36,136 bases of DNA, from positions 1 to 36,136 of the IMG/VR virus record IMGVR_UViG_3300031227_000187. The stretch is one strand, 5' to 3'. The notes below the pieces were generated by a model. It saw only the letters and a program-made list of their open reading frames with translations. It searched no databases and was not told where the DNA came from. The position numbers and the translations under genes were made by a program. Positions within the stretch are counted from its first letter, which is position 1; each line of letters opens with the position of its first letter. Source of the stretch: a virus (Duplodnaviria > Caudoviricetes). Shown one piece after another: positions 34,733-36,136 of the stretch.

Positions 34733-36000
34733 TTAATGCCTCCTTTTGCTTTTATCATACCATCTTCAATGATCACTGACGCTTGTTCATCTGTAGCTCT
34801 GCAGTCTTCCAACCAAAGTTGCACATCCTTTTCTTTGGCAAACTCTGCTATTGCTTCCAGAGATTTCGGAGTAATAACTGATGCCTCCCTAACCAGTAAT
34901 ACCCTTAACTCTGGGTTCAATGCTATTCCCATCCCAAGGGAGATTTTTGTCTGCTCCATCCCGCTCGCCTGATCGAAAGGAATACCATTGTAAGTTACTC
35001 CACTCTCGTCAAAAGATAGACCGGGGACAGGGAACTCAGCCTCTTTCAATGCAGTCTCTTTCTGCTGGTCTATTTCAGATATCTGGTCAGTAAGTGCCTT
35101 TGCCTGCTTGGTTTGTTCTTTTAGCTCTTCTTTGAATAATGCTTTCTCCTGCTTATTGCGAACTGCTATATTGATCTCATTAGAGTTGCGGATCTTGGTG
35201 TCAATAGGTTCAAGGTCAACATCTTTTAATTCTTTAACTTCTTTATCTAATACTTCCCCATTGACACGAATTACTTCAAGTTCATCTCTGAGGACAAGTA
35301 AATCCGCTTTGATAGCTTTTAATTCTGCATTTTTCTTGTCTATCTTGCCAGCGATTTCAACCCACCCATCCTTAACCACTACCAATTGTCTTCTCTGTGA
35401 CTCGTTATTGGCATTAAGCAGTCTTGCCTCCTGAGCTTGGTGCATTAAATGGTCAACATCAATCGGTTCATCGGGAGTATCGGGAGGGAAGTCTTTCAGT
35501 GCTATAGTCCCCTTCATCTTATCAATGTCACGGTTGAGGTCACGCCTCTGGTCGTATATCGTCTGGCGTTGAGTATCCAGCTCGGTGAAGTCAAGGCCAA
35601 CTATATCCTTCAGAGTTTGATGTTGTTCCTTGGGTTTCATGCGAAGAAAGTCCATTGGATCAAAGGATAGCTTCCCGACCAATTTATCAAGCATAGATTG
35701 GGGTGATTTGAAACTTGCTCCTTCCTTATTCTCAACCTTGAGATAGGTACTGGTGGGAGTGAATGAGCGAGTAACTATCAGATCATCCAACTCCAGCCGG
35801 ATCATTGCACTATCTTCACCACGGTGAATTGGTTCTTTGGGGATACTGCTCTTGCCGCCCAATGCCATAAATATAGAATCCAATACCGAAGTCTTGCCCT
35901 GGGCATTCTCCCCTCCAATTACTACGATGTTGCCCTGGGGGGTTATCTCTACGGCTTTTAACCGTTTTACATTCTCGCTCTGAAGGTTAATTATCTTCAT
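34729..36000 (-). CDS. Rad50/SMC-like ABC ATPase with coiled coil
   Basis: Walker A GENAQGKTS, central coiled coil, signature-like ASGMEQ, Walker B-like VLLVRE. Confidence 0.85.
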   Translation of the reverse strand: MKIINLQSENVKRLKAVEITPQGNIVVIGGENAQGKTSVLDSIFMALGGKSSIPKEPIHRGEDSAMIRLELDDLIVTRSFTPTSTYLKVENKEGASFKSPQSMLDKLVGKLSFDPMDFLRMKPKEQHQTLKDIVGLDFTELDTQRQTIYDQRRDLNRDIDKMKGTIALKDFPPDTPDEPIDVDHLMHQAQEARLLNANNESQRRQLVVVKDGWVEIAGKIDKKNAELKAIKADLLVLRDELEVIRVNGEVLDKEVKELKDVDLEPIDTKIRNSNEINIAVRNKQEKALFKEELKEQTKQAKALTDQISEIDQQKETALKEAEFPVPGLSFDESGVTYNGIPFDQASGMEQTKISLGMGIALNPELRVLLVREASVITPKSLEAIAEFAKEKDVQLWLEDCRATDEQASVIIEDGMIKAKGGIK

Positions 36001-36024
36001 TGCTTACTCCTTTCCCTTTCGGGG

Positions 36025-36135
36025 TTATCTTATTTTAATCGCCCACTTGTCCCCCACCTGTACCAGATCCCCCAACTCATTATGGATAATGTCATGGCAC
36101 TCAAGGCAGAGGGGCAGTTTATTCTCTGGTTCGTC
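36025..36135 (-). CDS. HNH endonuclease, C-terminal fragment cut by the window edge
   Basis: DEPENKLPLCLECHDIIHNELGDLVQVGDKWAIKIR-stop; N...LC..CH...H motif. Confidence 0.65.
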   Translation of the reverse strand, partial: DEPENKLPLCLECHDIIHNELGDLVQVGDKWAIKIR

Positions 36136-36136
36136 A

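Larger units (their letters stand above)
1..36136. mobile_element. Tailed dsDNA phage (Caudoviricetes, podovirus-like) genome segment
   Basis: Terminase-portal-scaffold-capsid-adaptor-nozzle-ejection gene order with tight stop/start overlaps. No tape measure, tube or sheath genes and no host housekeeping genes recognised. Confidence 0.95.

Noticed and set aside
1-36136. Genome-wide stop codon reassignment
   Set aside because: TAA, TGA and TAG all end genes at tight junctions and coding density is high under the standard code.
1-36136. CRISPR array or diversity-generating retroelement
   Set aside because: No regularly spaced repeats, no reverse transcriptase, and no long repeat pair differing at adenines was seen.

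Overview
The window is a contiguous piece of a tailed dsDNA phage genome with podovirus-like architecture. No host genes, integrase, CRISPR array, rRNA or intact tRNA are visible. A long minus-strand morphogenesis region (27.4 kb down to the left edge) runs: small terminase, accessory/RuvC block, large terminase, P22-type portal, scaffold, major capsid, head fibre-like protein, two adaptor paralogs, two propeller/nozzle proteins, then ejection-protein candidates ending in a 1463-aa polyvalent protein with an ADP-ribosyltransferase-like domain. A divergent plus-strand array of small early genes (27.5-32.6 kb) ends in a sigma-factor-like gene. It converges on a minus-strand block with a papain-like protease, a lipoprotein, a Rad50/SMC-like ATPase and a partial HNH nuclease. 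The most notable non-coding signals are: (i) a 12-bp palindrome GAACACGTGTTC present four times across the window, two copies sitting just upstream of ribosome-binding sites; (ii) a consensus promoter inside a tiny unannotated ORF, followed by a multi-hairpin leader with an intrinsic terminator in front of the scaffold-capsid genes; (iii) a recurring CCGAAAGG mini-hairpin at translation starts and overlapping that terminator; (iv) two tRNA-like fragments; (v) an ATA start codon and two stops that look like interruptions in the tail/ejection operon. All family assignments come from motif recognition and gene order; no searches were run.
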